From the NCBI GenBank assembly GCA_041649715.1, contig JBAZMP010000003.1:100894-164893 (forward strand): 64,000 nt of DNA. Reading direction: 5' to 3'. This DNA comes from Patescibacteria group bacterium (GTDB lineage Bacteria > Patescibacteriota > Patescibacteriia > JAXHNJ01). The notes beneath the pieces are model-generated. The model saw only the letters and a list, made by a program, of their open reading frames with translations, did not search any database and was not told where the DNA came from. Below, piece by piece: positions 44,038 to 53,687 of the stretch (its first letter is position 1; every line of letters starts with the position of its first letter). Both the position numbers and the translations under genes were made by a program.

Positions 44038-44667
44038 TTAAGAATGATGATTTGAATTGTGGTGGTTCACCGCGTGCCGGAACCACCCAAAGAGCACATA
44101 GACCAGTGACCCGCCGATGAAGATCGCGACTAAGTGCCAGAGAACGATCTTATGCACGAAAGGGATAGTCTCGCCAAAGTGGTACATGACGATCGTTTCA
44201 AACAAGAGCTTGAGCTCGGCCACCGCGATGATCACGTAGATACCGTATTTTAACCGGCCGATCCGGGCCGCCAGGATGGCGCCGACTTTAAACGTCGGAA
44301 TAGGGACTATGGTCGCCATCGCCAGGCCGGCGTAACCCAGGGCGTCAATCGTCTTCAGAATCAGTTTGATTATTTTCCGCCGAAACCTCTTTTCCTTTTC
44401 CTCCGAATCCTGGCGGAAATGAAGATAGCTTTGCACCATCTTTCTCTGGTACAGCCAGGTAATCATTTTCTGGGGAAAATGAATCCGCTTGACGAGCACC
44501 CGCCAGCCGAAAACATAGTAAATAAGCAAGGTCATCGGAATCTCACTTGCCGACAAAATGAAGAAAGTCCAGAACAAAGGAAAGCCCCGGTTGTAAAAGT
44601 GGACTAAAGCCGCTTCATCTTGAAAAATAATCAGGCTTACAAGTCCGATTATTTCCCACATCTTCAC
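44038..44667 (-). CDS. Hypothetical polytopic membrane protein
   Basis: 209 aa, 5-6 TM helices. Confidence 0.45.
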   Translation of the reverse strand: MKMWEIIGLVSLIIFQDEAALVHFYNRGFPLFWTFFILSASEIPMTLLIYYVFGWRVLVKRIHFPQKMITWLYQRKMVQSYLHFRQDSEEKEKRFRRKIIKLILKTIDALGYAGLAMATIVPIPTFKVGAILAARIGRLKYGIYVIIAVAELKLLFETIVMYHFGETIPFVHKIVLWHLVAIFIGGSLVYVLFGWFRHAVNHHNSNHHS

Positions 44668-44713
44668 CTCCTTTAAAAGAACATTTTTAATACCTTATCA
44701 TAAAAAATCATAC

Positions 44714-45598
44714 ATGTCAAGGGTAAAACAAAAGCTAATCATCGTTATGGGCCCCACCGCTTCCGGTAAATCAAGCCTGGGCATTGATTTGGCGAAAAAA
44801 TATAACGGCATAATAATTTCCGCCGATTCAAGGCAAGTTTACAAGGGCATGGATCTGGGCACGGCCAAAGTGACCTCCCGCGAAATGAAGGGAATCCCCC
44901 ATTTCCTGCTTGATGTCATTTCACCCAGACAGCAATACAACGTGGTTCAGTTCCGAAAAGAAGCGCTGAAAGTGATTAAAAAATACCAGACTAAAAAGAA
45001 TATTTTTGTCGTTGGCGGCTCGCCTTTTTATATAGAGAGCTTGATCAACCCGCGCGACACTTTTGATATCCCGCCGGATTTTAAGTGGCGGAAAAAACTG
45101 GCTAAATTATCAGCAAATCAGTTATTTAGCCGGCTAAAAAAACTTAATCCCCAAAAAGCCGAGGAGGTTGATAAAAACAATCCCCGCCGGCTGATCCGGG
45201 CCATCGAAATAGCCAAAGCCAAACCTTCCAAAAACAAGGCGGAAAAAATTGATTTTGAAGTCTTGAAAATCGGTCTTTCTTTGCCCCGCCAGAAACTCTA
45301 TGAAAAAATCGATAAAAGAGTTGATTTGAGATTCAAAAAAGGAATGATTGATGAGGTTAAGAAATTAAAAAAATTCGGCCTCACCTGGAAACGCCTGGAA
45401 GCCTTTGGTCTGGAATACCGTTATATCGCCAGATACTTAAAAGGAGTGCTACCGAAAGAAGAAATGATCCAGCAGCTTAAATATGCCATTCATGACTTCA
45501 CCCGCCGCCAGCTGACTTGGTTTAGAAAAGACAAAGCTATTCACTGGATAAAGAATAAGAAACAGGCGGAAAAATTAATTAATATTTTCCTAAAATAA
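44714..45598 (+). CDS. miaA: tRNA dimethylallyltransferase
   Basis: P-loop GPTASGKS, ..SADSRQVYKGMDLGTAK.. and overall MiaA pattern. Confidence 0.85.
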   Translation: MSRVKQKLIIVMGPTASGKSSLGIDLAKKYNGIIISADSRQVYKGMDLGTAKVTSREMKGIPHFLLDVISPRQQYNVVQFRKEALKVIKKYQTKKNIFVVGGSPFYIESLINPRDTFDIPPDFKWRKKLAKLSANQLFSRLKKLNPQKAEEVDKNNPRRLIRAIEIAKAKPSKNKAEKIDFEVLKIGLSLPRQKLYEKIDKRVDLRFKKGMIDEVKKLKKFGLTWKRLEAFGLEYRYIARYLKGVLPKEEMIQQLKYAIHDFTRRQLTWFRKDKAIHWIKNKKQAEKLINIFLK

Positions 45599-45603
45599 AA
45601 AGA

Positions 45604-45627
45604 GGGCGGACCCCAATGGATCCGCCC
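45604..45627. terminator. Bidirectional hairpin terminator between miaA (+) and the transcarbamylase-like gene (-)
   Basis: gggcgga-(10 nt)-tccgccc. Confidence 0.5.
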
Positions 45628-45650
45628 TTGCTGATAAAAGTACAAAAACG

Positions 45651-46670
45651 CTATTCGAGCAGGCCCGGCACGAGACAAAGCTTGAGCGCGACCTTTCTTG
45701 TTTCAAGACCAGAGATGATGGCCGCCTCATTCGCGACAATCTTGCCGCCTGTTTGGACGAACCGGCCGTTAACTTCCTTAATAGAATCGTTAGCGTCGAT
45801 GATGGCATCCGGCAACTCGACATCCGTATTGGGCAACGGATGGGTCAACACTCCTTTCAGGGCGTCCAGCGCTTTTTGGGTCACGTGGAACGGCCGGTAC
45901 ATCTCTGCCACCCTCTCAGAGGAAAGTTTTTCCTCATCAAGGTTAGTCTGCGGCCGGATGGCGTAAACGCCGTTGTGTTCGCTGAATACCTCATCCAGGC
46001 TGGGCATTGTCCTGTCAGTGAGCTCCCGGAATTTGACCCCTTTCTCCCGCATGTGCTCGCGAATGCCGACTGGAATCGGCCGGCTTTCCGGCGAAAGAAA
46101 CGTGATCTCGACGTCGTCAAACATGCACAACTCGTAGGCCAATGAATGAGCGGCTCGGCTATTTTGCAAATCGCCGAAGATAAGGAACTTTTTGCCGTCC
46201 AGCGTCCCGAGCTTCTTCCGGAATATGTGGCCGTCAATAAAGGCCTGGGTCGGATGCTGGAGATTGCCTGCCCCGCCGTTAACCGTCGGCTTACCGATTC
46301 TTTCTTTTACCCTGTAGACCCAATCCTTGGGAAAACGCAGGACGAAAAGATCCAACCGGCCGTAACCCGAAATGATGCCCATGGTTGCGGTGTAGGACTC
46401 GCCTTTCGCCACTGACGAGGTGACGGCGAAACTGTTGTCGTAAAAAACCTTGGCCCCTAGCGAATCGGCGGCGAAAATGAATGACCAATAGGTGCGGGTC
46501 GACTCCTGGGCGAAGAAGATACCGATACGTTTCCCTTCCAAGGGGTTCGTATCGATCCGATCGGGATGATCCGACATATCCCAGATCAGCTCCAAATGTT
46601 TCCGATCAAACTGCTGCATCTCGATGATATGCGGCCAATCCCGCCATTTGCCGACTTTCTGTCCGTTCAT
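45651..46670 (-). CDS. Aspartate/ornithine carbamoyltransferase-family protein, divergent (STRTY in place of STRTR); orphan, G+C-rich
   Basis: Carbamoyl-phosphate-binding region FFAQESTRTYWSF, HPTQ motif (NLQHPTQAFIDG) and HPLP motif (LTHPLPNTD) resembling ATCase. No other pyrimidine or arginine biosynthesis genes are nearby. Confidence 0.6.
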   Translation of the reverse strand: MNGQKVGKWRDWPHIIEMQQFDRKHLELIWDMSDHPDRIDTNPLEGKRIGIFFAQESTRTYWSFIFAADSLGAKVFYDNSFAVTSSVAKGESYTATMGIISGYGRLDLFVLRFPKDWVYRVKERIGKPTVNGGAGNLQHPTQAFIDGHIFRKKLGTLDGKKFLIFGDLQNSRAAHSLAYELCMFDDVEITFLSPESRPIPVGIREHMREKGVKFRELTDRTMPSLDEVFSEHNGVYAIRPQTNLDEEKLSSERVAEMYRPFHVTQKALDALKGVLTHPLPNTDVELPDAIIDANDSIKEVNGRFVQTGGKIVANEAAIISGLETRKVALKLCLVPGLLE

Positions 46671-46884
46671 CTCACACGCTCCTTTCTTTCTGGAAAACGC
46701 CCGTTTATTACTTCTTTTGACAAAGATCTATTTAAAAAAAATCGCCCCGGGGGTGATCAATACCTTCGAAAAAAGGGGCATAAGCCCCCAACAAAATTAA
46801 TTTAGTTTTCTTTATGTATTTCATTCTGAAAGTTAGACTACACCCGCTAAATTCATCTGTCAAGCAAACAGTTATCCACAAGTA

Positions 46885-48378
46885 TTATTTAAGCTTATGT
46901 AAGAGCATTTCACTGGCTACCTTATGATCGGCCTGGCCGCCGGTTTTTTTCATCACCTGGCCAAGTAAGAACTTAAAAGTCGCTTCCTTGCCGCCTTTAT
47001 ACTCCTTAACCGGACCGGGATTTTCTTTGATGACCTCCTTTATCACCTCTGCTAGTTTTTTTTCATCGCCCATCATTCCCCACCCCTTTTCTTCCATGAT
47101 ATTTGAAGGGTCTCCGCCGGTTTCAAACATAACTTTTAGAACCTCCTGGCCGACCAAATTATTGATCTTCTTCTGCCAGATAAGCTTGATAAATTCGGCG
47201 AAATTTTCCGGGGTGATCCTTAAATCTCTGATTTTGGTCTTGCTTTCGTTTGATAAACTCAACAAGCGATTGATCAGCCAATTGGCGATCAACCGGGAAA
47301 ATTCTTTTTTGTTCTGCTCATAAGTGTAAAGTCCCTGATCGGTTTTTGACTCCGCTTCCAGCCATTTTTTCAGCTCCGAGGTCACCCCTTCCGTATAATC
47401 CGCCAGGTTCAAATCACCGATCAAAACTTGAGAGTCTTTTTCTTCAAAACCATATTCCTCTTTGAACCTGCCCCTTTTGGCGGCCGGCAATTCCGGTATT
47501 TTTCTTTTCAATCCCGCCAGATTCGCTTGATCGAAATGAAGCGGCGGCAGATCCGGTTCGGGAAAATATCGGTAATCATGGACCCCTTCCTTGACCCTAA
47601 GTTCTACGGTCACTTGTTTTTTTTCATCCCAACCCCGGGTAGAAGACTCCGTCGGCGGTTTTTTTTGGTCCCAAAGCTCCGTTTGCCGTTCAATTTCATA
47701 CGCCAACCCTTTTTCCACCGATTTAAAGGAATTTAAGTTCTTGATTTCTGTTTTGGGGTATAATTTATCGTCGCCTTCAAAACGCAAGGAAATATTGGCG
47801 TCGCAGCGCAGATGGCCCTTTTCCATGTCGGCCTCGGAAATGCCTAAATAGCGCATAATCAGCCTCAAATCCTGTAAAAAAATCTTGGCTTCTTCGGGCG
47901 TCCGCAAATCCGGCTCAGTAACAATCTCCATCAGGGGCGTGCCGGCCCGGTTAAAATCAATAAAGGTTTTGTCTTTGGCGTGGATCAGTTTACCGGTATC
48001 CTCTTCCAAATGCAGATCCTTGATCCTCACCCTTCTTTTTGTCTCGCCGGCATCTATTTCAAAACGGCCGTTCCGGCCGATAGGCTCGGAATATTGCGAT
48101 ATCTGGTAACCCTTGGGCAAATCGGGATAAAAATAACTTTTACGGTCGAAATGAGTGGTCAGGCCGACTTCGCAATTCAAAGCCATGGCCGCCATCACGG
48201 AAAAATCCACCGCTTTCTGATTGGCCACCGGCAGAGTGCCGGGCTGGCCGGTGCAGACCGGACAAATAGTGGTATTGGCCGGTTTGTCCTCGCCGGTATT
48301 ATCACAAGAACAGAACATCTTTGATTTTGTTTTTAGCTGGACATGGATTTCCAAACCGATGATGGCTTCGTATTTCAT
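46885..48378 (-). CDS. gatB: Aspartyl/glutamyl-tRNA(Asn/Gln) amidotransferase subunit B
   Basis: MKYEAIIGLEIHVQLKTKSKMFCSC.. and a C-terminal GatB/YqeY domain. Confidence 0.9.
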   Translation of the reverse strand: MKYEAIIGLEIHVQLKTKSKMFCSCDNTGEDKPANTTICPVCTGQPGTLPVANQKAVDFSVMAAMALNCEVGLTTHFDRKSYFYPDLPKGYQISQYSEPIGRNGRFEIDAGETKRRVRIKDLHLEEDTGKLIHAKDKTFIDFNRAGTPLMEIVTEPDLRTPEEAKIFLQDLRLIMRYLGISEADMEKGHLRCDANISLRFEGDDKLYPKTEIKNLNSFKSVEKGLAYEIERQTELWDQKKPPTESSTRGWDEKKQVTVELRVKEGVHDYRYFPEPDLPPLHFDQANLAGLKRKIPELPAAKRGRFKEEYGFEEKDSQVLIGDLNLADYTEGVTSELKKWLEAESKTDQGLYTYEQNKKEFSRLIANWLINRLLSLSNESKTKIRDLRITPENFAEFIKLIWQKKINNLVGQEVLKVMFETGGDPSNIMEEKGWGMMGDEKKLAEVIKEVIKENPGPVKEYKGGKEATFKFLLGQVMKKTGGQADHKVASEMLLHKLK

Positions 48379-48390
48379 AATTGTCCAAAT

Positions 48391-49047
48391 TTATAATAAT
48401 TTTTTTATGGCCTGCCAGACTTTTTGGTGGATAATCTGCGGGGCAAGAAATTTTCCTTTTTCCAGGCAGGGAATCATTTGCCAATTTTTATATTTCTTAA
48501 CTAAAACCTGGCATTGTTTATAGGCGAGTTTTTGGTGATTAAAATCAACTTCATGTATATCGCGCTTGCCCCTCGCTATCATCAACTTTCTGGTTACGTT
48601 TGGCGGAACATCAAGAAATAAAGTTAGGTCTGGCCTAGGTATACCCAACACCCTAAATTCTAGCTCATCCAGCCAGGCATAAAATTTTTCCTTTTTAACC
48701 TTACCCTTAATTTTTATGGCCTGATGGATTTTATTGGCGGGAGAATAACGATCAGAAACAATAATCTTACCTTCTTTGAGTGCTCGCCACATTTTTTCTT
48801 TGGCTTCAAACCGATCTAGGGCATAAAGCAGTGAAATCAGATGGGGATCAGTTTGCTTGGTTTGACCGAAATCCCCTTTTAAATAACGCCTGACCATCCG
48901 GCCGAAAAATGATTTTTCATATTGAGGAAAATCAGTCAGATAGGTCTTCCGGCCGGCCCTTCTTAAATGAGATAATAATAATTTTATTTGGGTGGATTTA
49001 CCCGAACCATCAATGCCATCGATAACTATTAATTTCCCTTTTTTCAT
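48391..49047 (-). CDS. tmk: Thymidylate kinase
   Basis: P-loop IVIDGIDGSGKSTQ and a DRY-like motif (VSDRYSPANKIHQAI). Confidence 0.8.
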   Translation of the reverse strand: MKKGKLIVIDGIDGSGKSTQIKLLLSHLRRAGRKTYLTDFPQYEKSFFGRMVRRYLKGDFGQTKQTDPHLISLLYALDRFEAKEKMWRALKEGKIIVSDRYSPANKIHQAIKIKGKVKKEKFYAWLDELEFRVLGIPRPDLTLFLDVPPNVTRKLMIARGKRDIHEVDFNHQKLAYKQCQVLVKKYKNWQMIPCLEKGKFLAPQIIHQKVWQAIKKLL

Positions 49048-49129
49048 AGCCTTATTTTACCACACATTATGGTAAGAAAAAAGCCCGTGCTTTTACCACG
49101 ATAAGCCACGGGCTATCCTTCATATTTAA

Positions 49130-49576
49130 TCACTTCTTTTTCTTTTTTCCGCCCTCCTGGTCGGTTTTACCAATCCGACGCGAAACCTTGGCGCGTTCCA
49201 GGGGAAATCTGATCATCCGGGATCGCTTGGCTAAAGCCTGTAGCATCGCCTGCCGGATATACCAGACAGCATAGGAGATAAACTTGTAACCCCTGGTTTC
49301 GTCGAAGCGATGAGCGGCCTTAATGAGACCGACGTTCCCCTCATTGACCAGATCTGCCAAAGACAGTCCTTGATTGACATATTCCTTGGCCAAAGAAACC
49401 ACATAGCGCAGATTCGCCCGGACAAGCTGGTGCAGCGCTTTTTCGTCGCCTTTTCTGAACCTTTTCATCAGCTCTCTTTCCTGCTCCCGGGTCAGAAGAG
49501 GAATTTTATCGATTTCATCAAGATAACGATCAAGACTTACAGCCCCTTCTTCTTTGCCGTCATCATCAGAAAACAT
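49130..49576 (-). CDS. Truncated sigma-70 paralogue (regions 1.2-3.0 only; lacks region 4)
   Basis: Start set at [11 protein letters not shown] with RBS 'aaaggagtgg'. Contains ..[55 protein letters not shown].. and then ends in ..[13 protein letters not shown] with no helix-turn-helix for the -35 element. Confidence 0.55.
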   Translation of the reverse strand: MFSDDDGKEEGAVSLDRYLDEIDKIPLLTREQERELMKRFRKGDEKALHQLVRANLRYVVSLAKEYVNQGLSLADLVNEGNVGLIKAAHRFDETRGYKFISYAVWYIRQAMLQALAKRSRMIRFPLERAKVSRRIGKTDQEGGKKKKK

Positions 49577-49729
49577 AACCGCCACTCCTTTGCTAAAAGA
49601 TTCTATTATTTGAATAGTTAAAGAACTTCCTTCTAACTTAGGCTTAGTCCAAAAAGAGCAAAATGTCAAGAGATAGAAAAAAGCCCGTGGCGGTCAAAGA
49701 CCGACGGGCTTTTGTGAGTATCCCCTCCA

Positions 49730-50611
49730 TTAGCTCTCGACATGCCCCCTTAAATAGCGGGCGCGACTTTCATGACGAAGGCGCAATATGGCCTTCTCCT
49801 TGATTTGTCTGACCCGTTCGCGGGTCAACTTAAGCTCAGTGCCGATTTCCTCCAACGTGCAAGGCTTATCGTCTTCCAGACCGAAGTAACGAACAATAAT
49901 GAACCGTTCGCGCCGAGTCAGAGTATCAAGCGCCTTCTGCATGTCTTCGCTCAAAGCGGCCACATATACCTGTTCATCTGGCGGCTCCGCTTTGGGATCA
50001 GGGAGAGACTCGCCAAGAGTATCCTCGTTTTCGTAACCGATAGACGCATCAAGAGAAAGGTGACTGTTTGTTATCTGCATGGTGTCGCGGACTTCATCGG
50101 CCGGCAACTTCAGCTTTTTCGCAATTTCCTCCGCGCTAGGAGAACGCCCAAGCTCTTGATCGAGGTTTTGGGCTGCTTTGCCGATCCGATAGAGCGTACC
50201 CGCTCGATTCAAAGGCAGTCTGACGATACGTGATTGCTCGGCCAGCGCCTGGAGCATCGCTTGCCTTATCCACCAGACAGCATAGGAAATGAACTTGTAG
50301 CCGCGTTTCTCGTCGAAACGGTAAGCCGCCTTTATTATACCGAGGTTTCCCTCGTTAACAAGATCGGCCAACGGCAGACCCTGGTTGACGTACTGTTTCG
50401 CCACCAAGACGACGAATCGCAGATTGGCTTTCACTAAATCGTGAAGGGCCTCCTCATCTCCTTTCCGTATCCTTCGGGCTAAATCCTTCTCCTGCTCCCG
50501 CGTCAGGAGAGGAGTTTCGTTGATCTCTTTAAGATAGATGCTCAGGCTTTCTTCGGCCTGATGGCCAGGATTTACTTCCTGGTAATCTTCCCGGTCGTCT
50601 TCCGAGATCAT
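49730..50611 (-). CDS. RNA polymerase sigma-70 family factor (RpoD-like, regions 1.2-4)
   Basis: Start at MISEDDRED with RBS 'gggggagaaat'. Region 2 [34 protein letters not shown]. Region 4 ..LEEIGTELKLTRERVRQIKEKAILRLRH. Confidence 0.8.
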   Translation of the reverse strand: MISEDDREDYQEVNPGHQAEESLSIYLKEINETPLLTREQEKDLARRIRKGDEEALHDLVKANLRFVVLVAKQYVNQGLPLADLVNEGNLGIIKAAYRFDEKRGYKFISYAVWWIRQAMLQALAEQSRIVRLPLNRAGTLYRIGKAAQNLDQELGRSPSAEEIAKKLKLPADEVRDTMQITNSHLSLDASIGYENEDTLGESLPDPKAEPPDEQVYVAALSEDMQKALDTLTRRERFIIVRYFGLEDDKPCTLEEIGTELKLTRERVRQIKEKAILRLRHESRARYLRGHVES

Positions 50612-50750
50612 ATTTCTCCCCCCTTTCAACGGGGAAAAAGTGGGGTTTTTAAGGAATTCAAGGGACAAAGGTACCTTCTTTTATCAGCATAGCGCGAATA
50701 AAAAAGGTGTCAAATTGGTTATCGACCCAGGGCGTTATGTAAAATTTATA

Positions 50751-52130
50751 CTATTTCCTGAGCTTGATATATTTGACCAAAATGGGATGCTTCTCCCGAA
50801 CAAGCTGGTACATACGTTTAGCGATTTCACGGATGGAGAAATGGGCGGCTGGCGACGTTCTCAGCTTCACAAAATGATACAATTCACGCAAATTCAAGTT
50901 AATGAGGATACGCCGGCGGTAAGCGTTTAAGACCAGATACCTGGACTCTTCCGGAAATTTGGCCGCAATCTTTGGGTAGACTTCTTCTACTTTATTAGTC
51001 GAGGCTAAAAAAATCTGTTTTAATTCCGCGTTTTCCTCGATTACCGGAGGGGTCTGATAGCCGTTTTCTATGGTCAGATCCTGCACCGTCTGGGTGCACA
51101 TGCGGTGACGTTTAAACTCATAATACGCCCCCTCGTCCATGACGCAATCAAAAATATAATAGACGTGCTCCAATTCCTTCAAAGGTATGTCGTAATCACC
51201 ATACTTTTTTAAGGCTTCATCGATCACCTCTTCCTTTTCCTCCTTGGTCATATTTGAAACCCGGCTTCTCACCTCCACGAAAGACTGGTGGCAATAACGA
51301 TAAAGCAAAGCGCTGACGAGGATATCTTCGGCATTATCACGATATTCTACCAGCATGACGTTGGTCTGATCGTTGCTCTTGGTGGAAAAATACTTCTGGG
51401 CTAATTCAGCCAAACCCAAAGCCGTCTCTCTTAAATAAATATTGGGTTGAGCGTATTTTACCAAAGTCGGCAGATTCTTTTGGCTGACCTTTTTGATTTC
51501 CTGGCCCAAATCCTGCACTTCGGCCAAGGGGTGCGAAAGCATCTTGGTGATGGCATATTCAAGAACCCTCGCATTCATGGTCACTCCGATATTGGCCAGT
51601 GAAGCGACGGGTAAAATATAGCGAGCGGAATCCAGAGCCTGAGGTTTAAGTCTCGCCTCGTATTTGGCCGGCTCTTCGTCCATTTTTTTCGGTATCTTAT
51701 TTTTCAAATACTCTAGAATTTTCACGTAAAAATTCAAATAATTTTTCATCAGAAACTTCAGGGTTTCCAGATACAGCCCCTCAAATTCTGTTTTTTCCAT
51801 GTTGGGCGGAAAATAAAAATCATCTTCAGCAAAGACCTGATAACGGGAGGATTTCTCGGTATAGGAAGCGAGGCGGTTGCCCTCCAAGACTTCAGTGGCC
51901 AACCGAGAGATATTTTCCACCGCCAAATTAAGCACGGCGTGCTCGGCCACCGAGGAGTGCCCGTAACCGACGACCCATTTTTCATTGAACTCGGCCGATT
52001 TTTCTTCGGTCAGTTCGTCGGCAATCTCGGCAAAATTCTTGTCGGTGCGCGAACATTTGGCAAAAGTCACCGCTTTTACCTCCGGCGGCAGATCCTTAAG
52101 TAGATAGACCCTTCTTTTGTTCTCTGGCAT
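50751..52130 (-). CDS. thyX: Thy1/ThyX-family FAD-dependent thymidylate synthase, unusually long (459 aa)
   Basis: N-terminal ..HSSVAEHAVLNLAVENISRLATEVLEGNRLASYTEKSSRY.. (ThyX-like motif block with RHR replaced), an internal ..EFKRHRMCTQ.. and a C-terminal ..LNAYRRRILINLNLRELYHFVKLR..AHFSIREIA.. (NAR/AQ-EI-like block). ThyX motifs and the typical ThyX length of about 220-250 aa are recalled from the family. Confidence 0.55.
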   Translation of the reverse strand: MPENKRRVYLLKDLPPEVKAVTFAKCSRTDKNFAEIADELTEEKSAEFNEKWVVGYGHSSVAEHAVLNLAVENISRLATEVLEGNRLASYTEKSSRYQVFAEDDFYFPPNMEKTEFEGLYLETLKFLMKNYLNFYVKILEYLKNKIPKKMDEEPAKYEARLKPQALDSARYILPVASLANIGVTMNARVLEYAITKMLSHPLAEVQDLGQEIKKVSQKNLPTLVKYAQPNIYLRETALGLAELAQKYFSTKSNDQTNVMLVEYRDNAEDILVSALLYRYCHQSFVEVRSRVSNMTKEEKEEVIDEALKKYGDYDIPLKELEHVYYIFDCVMDEGAYYEFKRHRMCTQTVQDLTIENGYQTPPVIEENAELKQIFLASTNKVEEVYPKIAAKFPEESRYLVLNAYRRRILINLNLRELYHFVKLRTSPAAHFSIREIAKRMYQLVREKHPILVKYIKLRK

Positions 52131-52134
52131 ATTT

Positions 52135-52554
52135 TTACCTTCCCGTGCTCCCGTGCCGGCCGCAGCCTCTGCGGGTCGCAGAAATTTTACGCACTTCTTT
52201 TATTCTAGCAGAAAAGACCGGCTGGATTAAGACCTGGGCAATCCGGTCCCCTTTTTTAATAGAAAAACTGCCCTTTGATATATTCTGCAGAGTAACTGAA
52301 TATTCGCCGCGGTAGCCGGAATCGTAGACACCGCCCAATGATTTGATACCCTTTGCCCCCAGCCCCCCTCTGTCCCAGATCAAAGCAACCGTGCCTTTCG
52401 GAATTTCCATTTTAAAACCCAGATAAAAGATGTGACGCTCGCCGGGCTTTAAAACCTTATTCTCTCGAGAATACAGATCCAGGCCGGCGTCGCCGGGATG
52501 GGCATAAAAAGGCAATCTTACCTCTTTCTTTAATTTCTTTATTTTAAGCAGCAT
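52135..52554 (-). CDS. dut: dUTP diphosphatase
   Basis: ..AHPGDAGLDLYS..GRSGLG..GVYDSGYRGE.. matches trimeric dUTPase motifs. Confidence 0.75.
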   Translation of the reverse strand: MLLKIKKLKKEVRLPFYAHPGDAGLDLYSRENKVLKPGERHIFYLGFKMEIPKGTVALIWDRGGLGAKGIKSLGGVYDSGYRGEYSVTLQNISKGSFSIKKGDRIAQVLIQPVFSARIKEVRKISATRRGCGRHGSTGR

Positions 52555-53134
52555 TTATTTTCTTGTAAATTTTTTTGACCTCCTTTGATAATTCCCCCAG
52601 ACTGCCTTCGTTTATTATCGTGTAATCCGCCATCGCAATCGGCCCCCCTTTTTCCAAGTTTTCAATCTCCGCTTGGTCGCGCGACTCGGCCTCCACCCGG
52701 GGAAAGGAACGGTATTTCATTTTTTCGTCCTGGCCATGACGGCTCGCCCTCTCTTCCAGCCGGGCATAGCGGGTTTGAGGCGAGGCATATACCGCCACGA
52801 TCACCAAATCCTTACCGTACTTTTCCTTTAAGACCTTGTATTCTGACCAGCCATAGAGACCATCGCCAATGACATTACCCCTTATTAAGCCGGCATCGAA
52901 TTTTGCTAAGTTTAATATGGCAAAGGCCGCCATGCCGTATTTCTGCCGAAAAGCTTCCCGGATCGGCCGTTCGTTGGCTTCGGTCGGCGCCAGCCCCCTC
53001 CTTTTGACCTCGTCCAAGGTAATCTGACCGAAACGGATATACTGGTAACCCTGCTGCACAAAAAAATCCCCCACTTCGCTTTTGCCACTACCGGGCATGC
53101 CCACCAGACAGACCAGTTTATTGCCCATAAGCAA
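52544..53134 (-). CDS. P-loop nucleoside/nucleotide kinase (dNMP-kinase-like)
   Basis: Walker A VGMPGSGKSEVG. The context is a thymidylate-metabolism operon. Specificity unknown. Confidence 0.5.
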   Translation of the reverse strand: MLMGNKLVCLVGMPGSGKSEVGDFFVQQGYQYIRFGQITLDEVKRRGLAPTEANERPIREAFRQKYGMAAFAILNLAKFDAGLIRGNVIGDGLYGWSEYKVLKEKYGKDLVIVAVYASPQTRYARLEERASRHGQDEKMKYRSFPRVEAESRDQAEIENLEKGGPIAMADYTIINEGSLGELSKEVKKIYKKINAA

Positions 53135-53139
53135 AAAAA

Positions 53140-53673
53140 TTATTTTTCTTCCTTTATAACAACTTCGCCTTCGGAGGCTCTCATCTCTTCAATCTCACCC
53201 GCAAAAAGAGACTGAACGATCTTATTCCATTCCGGATTCTCTTGGTATATATCTACTTGGATGCCGGCCTCCCTTAAATATTTCACCGCTTTTTCGTTGC
53301 GGTAGACCTTGCCTACGACCACTCTTTTAATGCCGGCCGCGACGACGTATTTGGCGCAGTGAATACAAGGGCTATATTTCGTATACATGGTGGAACCTTC
53401 GGTGCTCGCCCCAGGGATAATTGCTACTTGCAGGATCACATTGTGTTCGCCGTGGATCGTCCTCACACAATGGCCTTCCTCCATCATATGCCCCCCATCG
53501 TTACAGTGGGGCAAGCCCGGCGGAGAACCATTATAGCCCGTGGATATTATCCGTTTGTTCAAAACAAGGACGGCGCCGGACTGCAAACGGTCGCAGGTCG
53601 AACGTGTGGAGATTATTTTTGCCACCGCCATAAAATAATCGTCCCAGGATGGGCGGAAATTTCTTTTTGGCAT
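53140..53673 (-). CDS. dCMP deaminase (ComEB-like zinc deaminase)
   Basis: Zinc-binding HGEHNVI ... PCIHCAKYV motifs (H(A/C)E / PCxxC). Confidence 0.75.
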   Translation of the reverse strand: MPKRNFRPSWDDYFMAVAKIISTRSTCDRLQSGAVLVLNKRIISTGYNGSPPGLPHCNDGGHMMEEGHCVRTIHGEHNVILQVAIIPGASTEGSTMYTKYSPCIHCAKYVVAAGIKRVVVGKVYRNEKAVKYLREAGIQVDIYQENPEWNKIVQSLFAGEIEEMRASEGEVVIKEEK

Positions 53674-53687
53674 AAGCTAAAAATCAA

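Noticed and set aside
45590-45966. Small overlapping ORFs (45590..45823 -, 45616..45966 +) around the miaA/transcarbamylase junction
   Set aside because: They overlap the terminator hairpin and the 3' end of the transcarbamylase gene. GC-rich frame artefacts.
46700-46760. TTGACA hexamer at about 46716 as a promoter
   Set aside because: No acceptable -10 at 16-18 nt on the + strand, and both flanking genes are on the minus strand.
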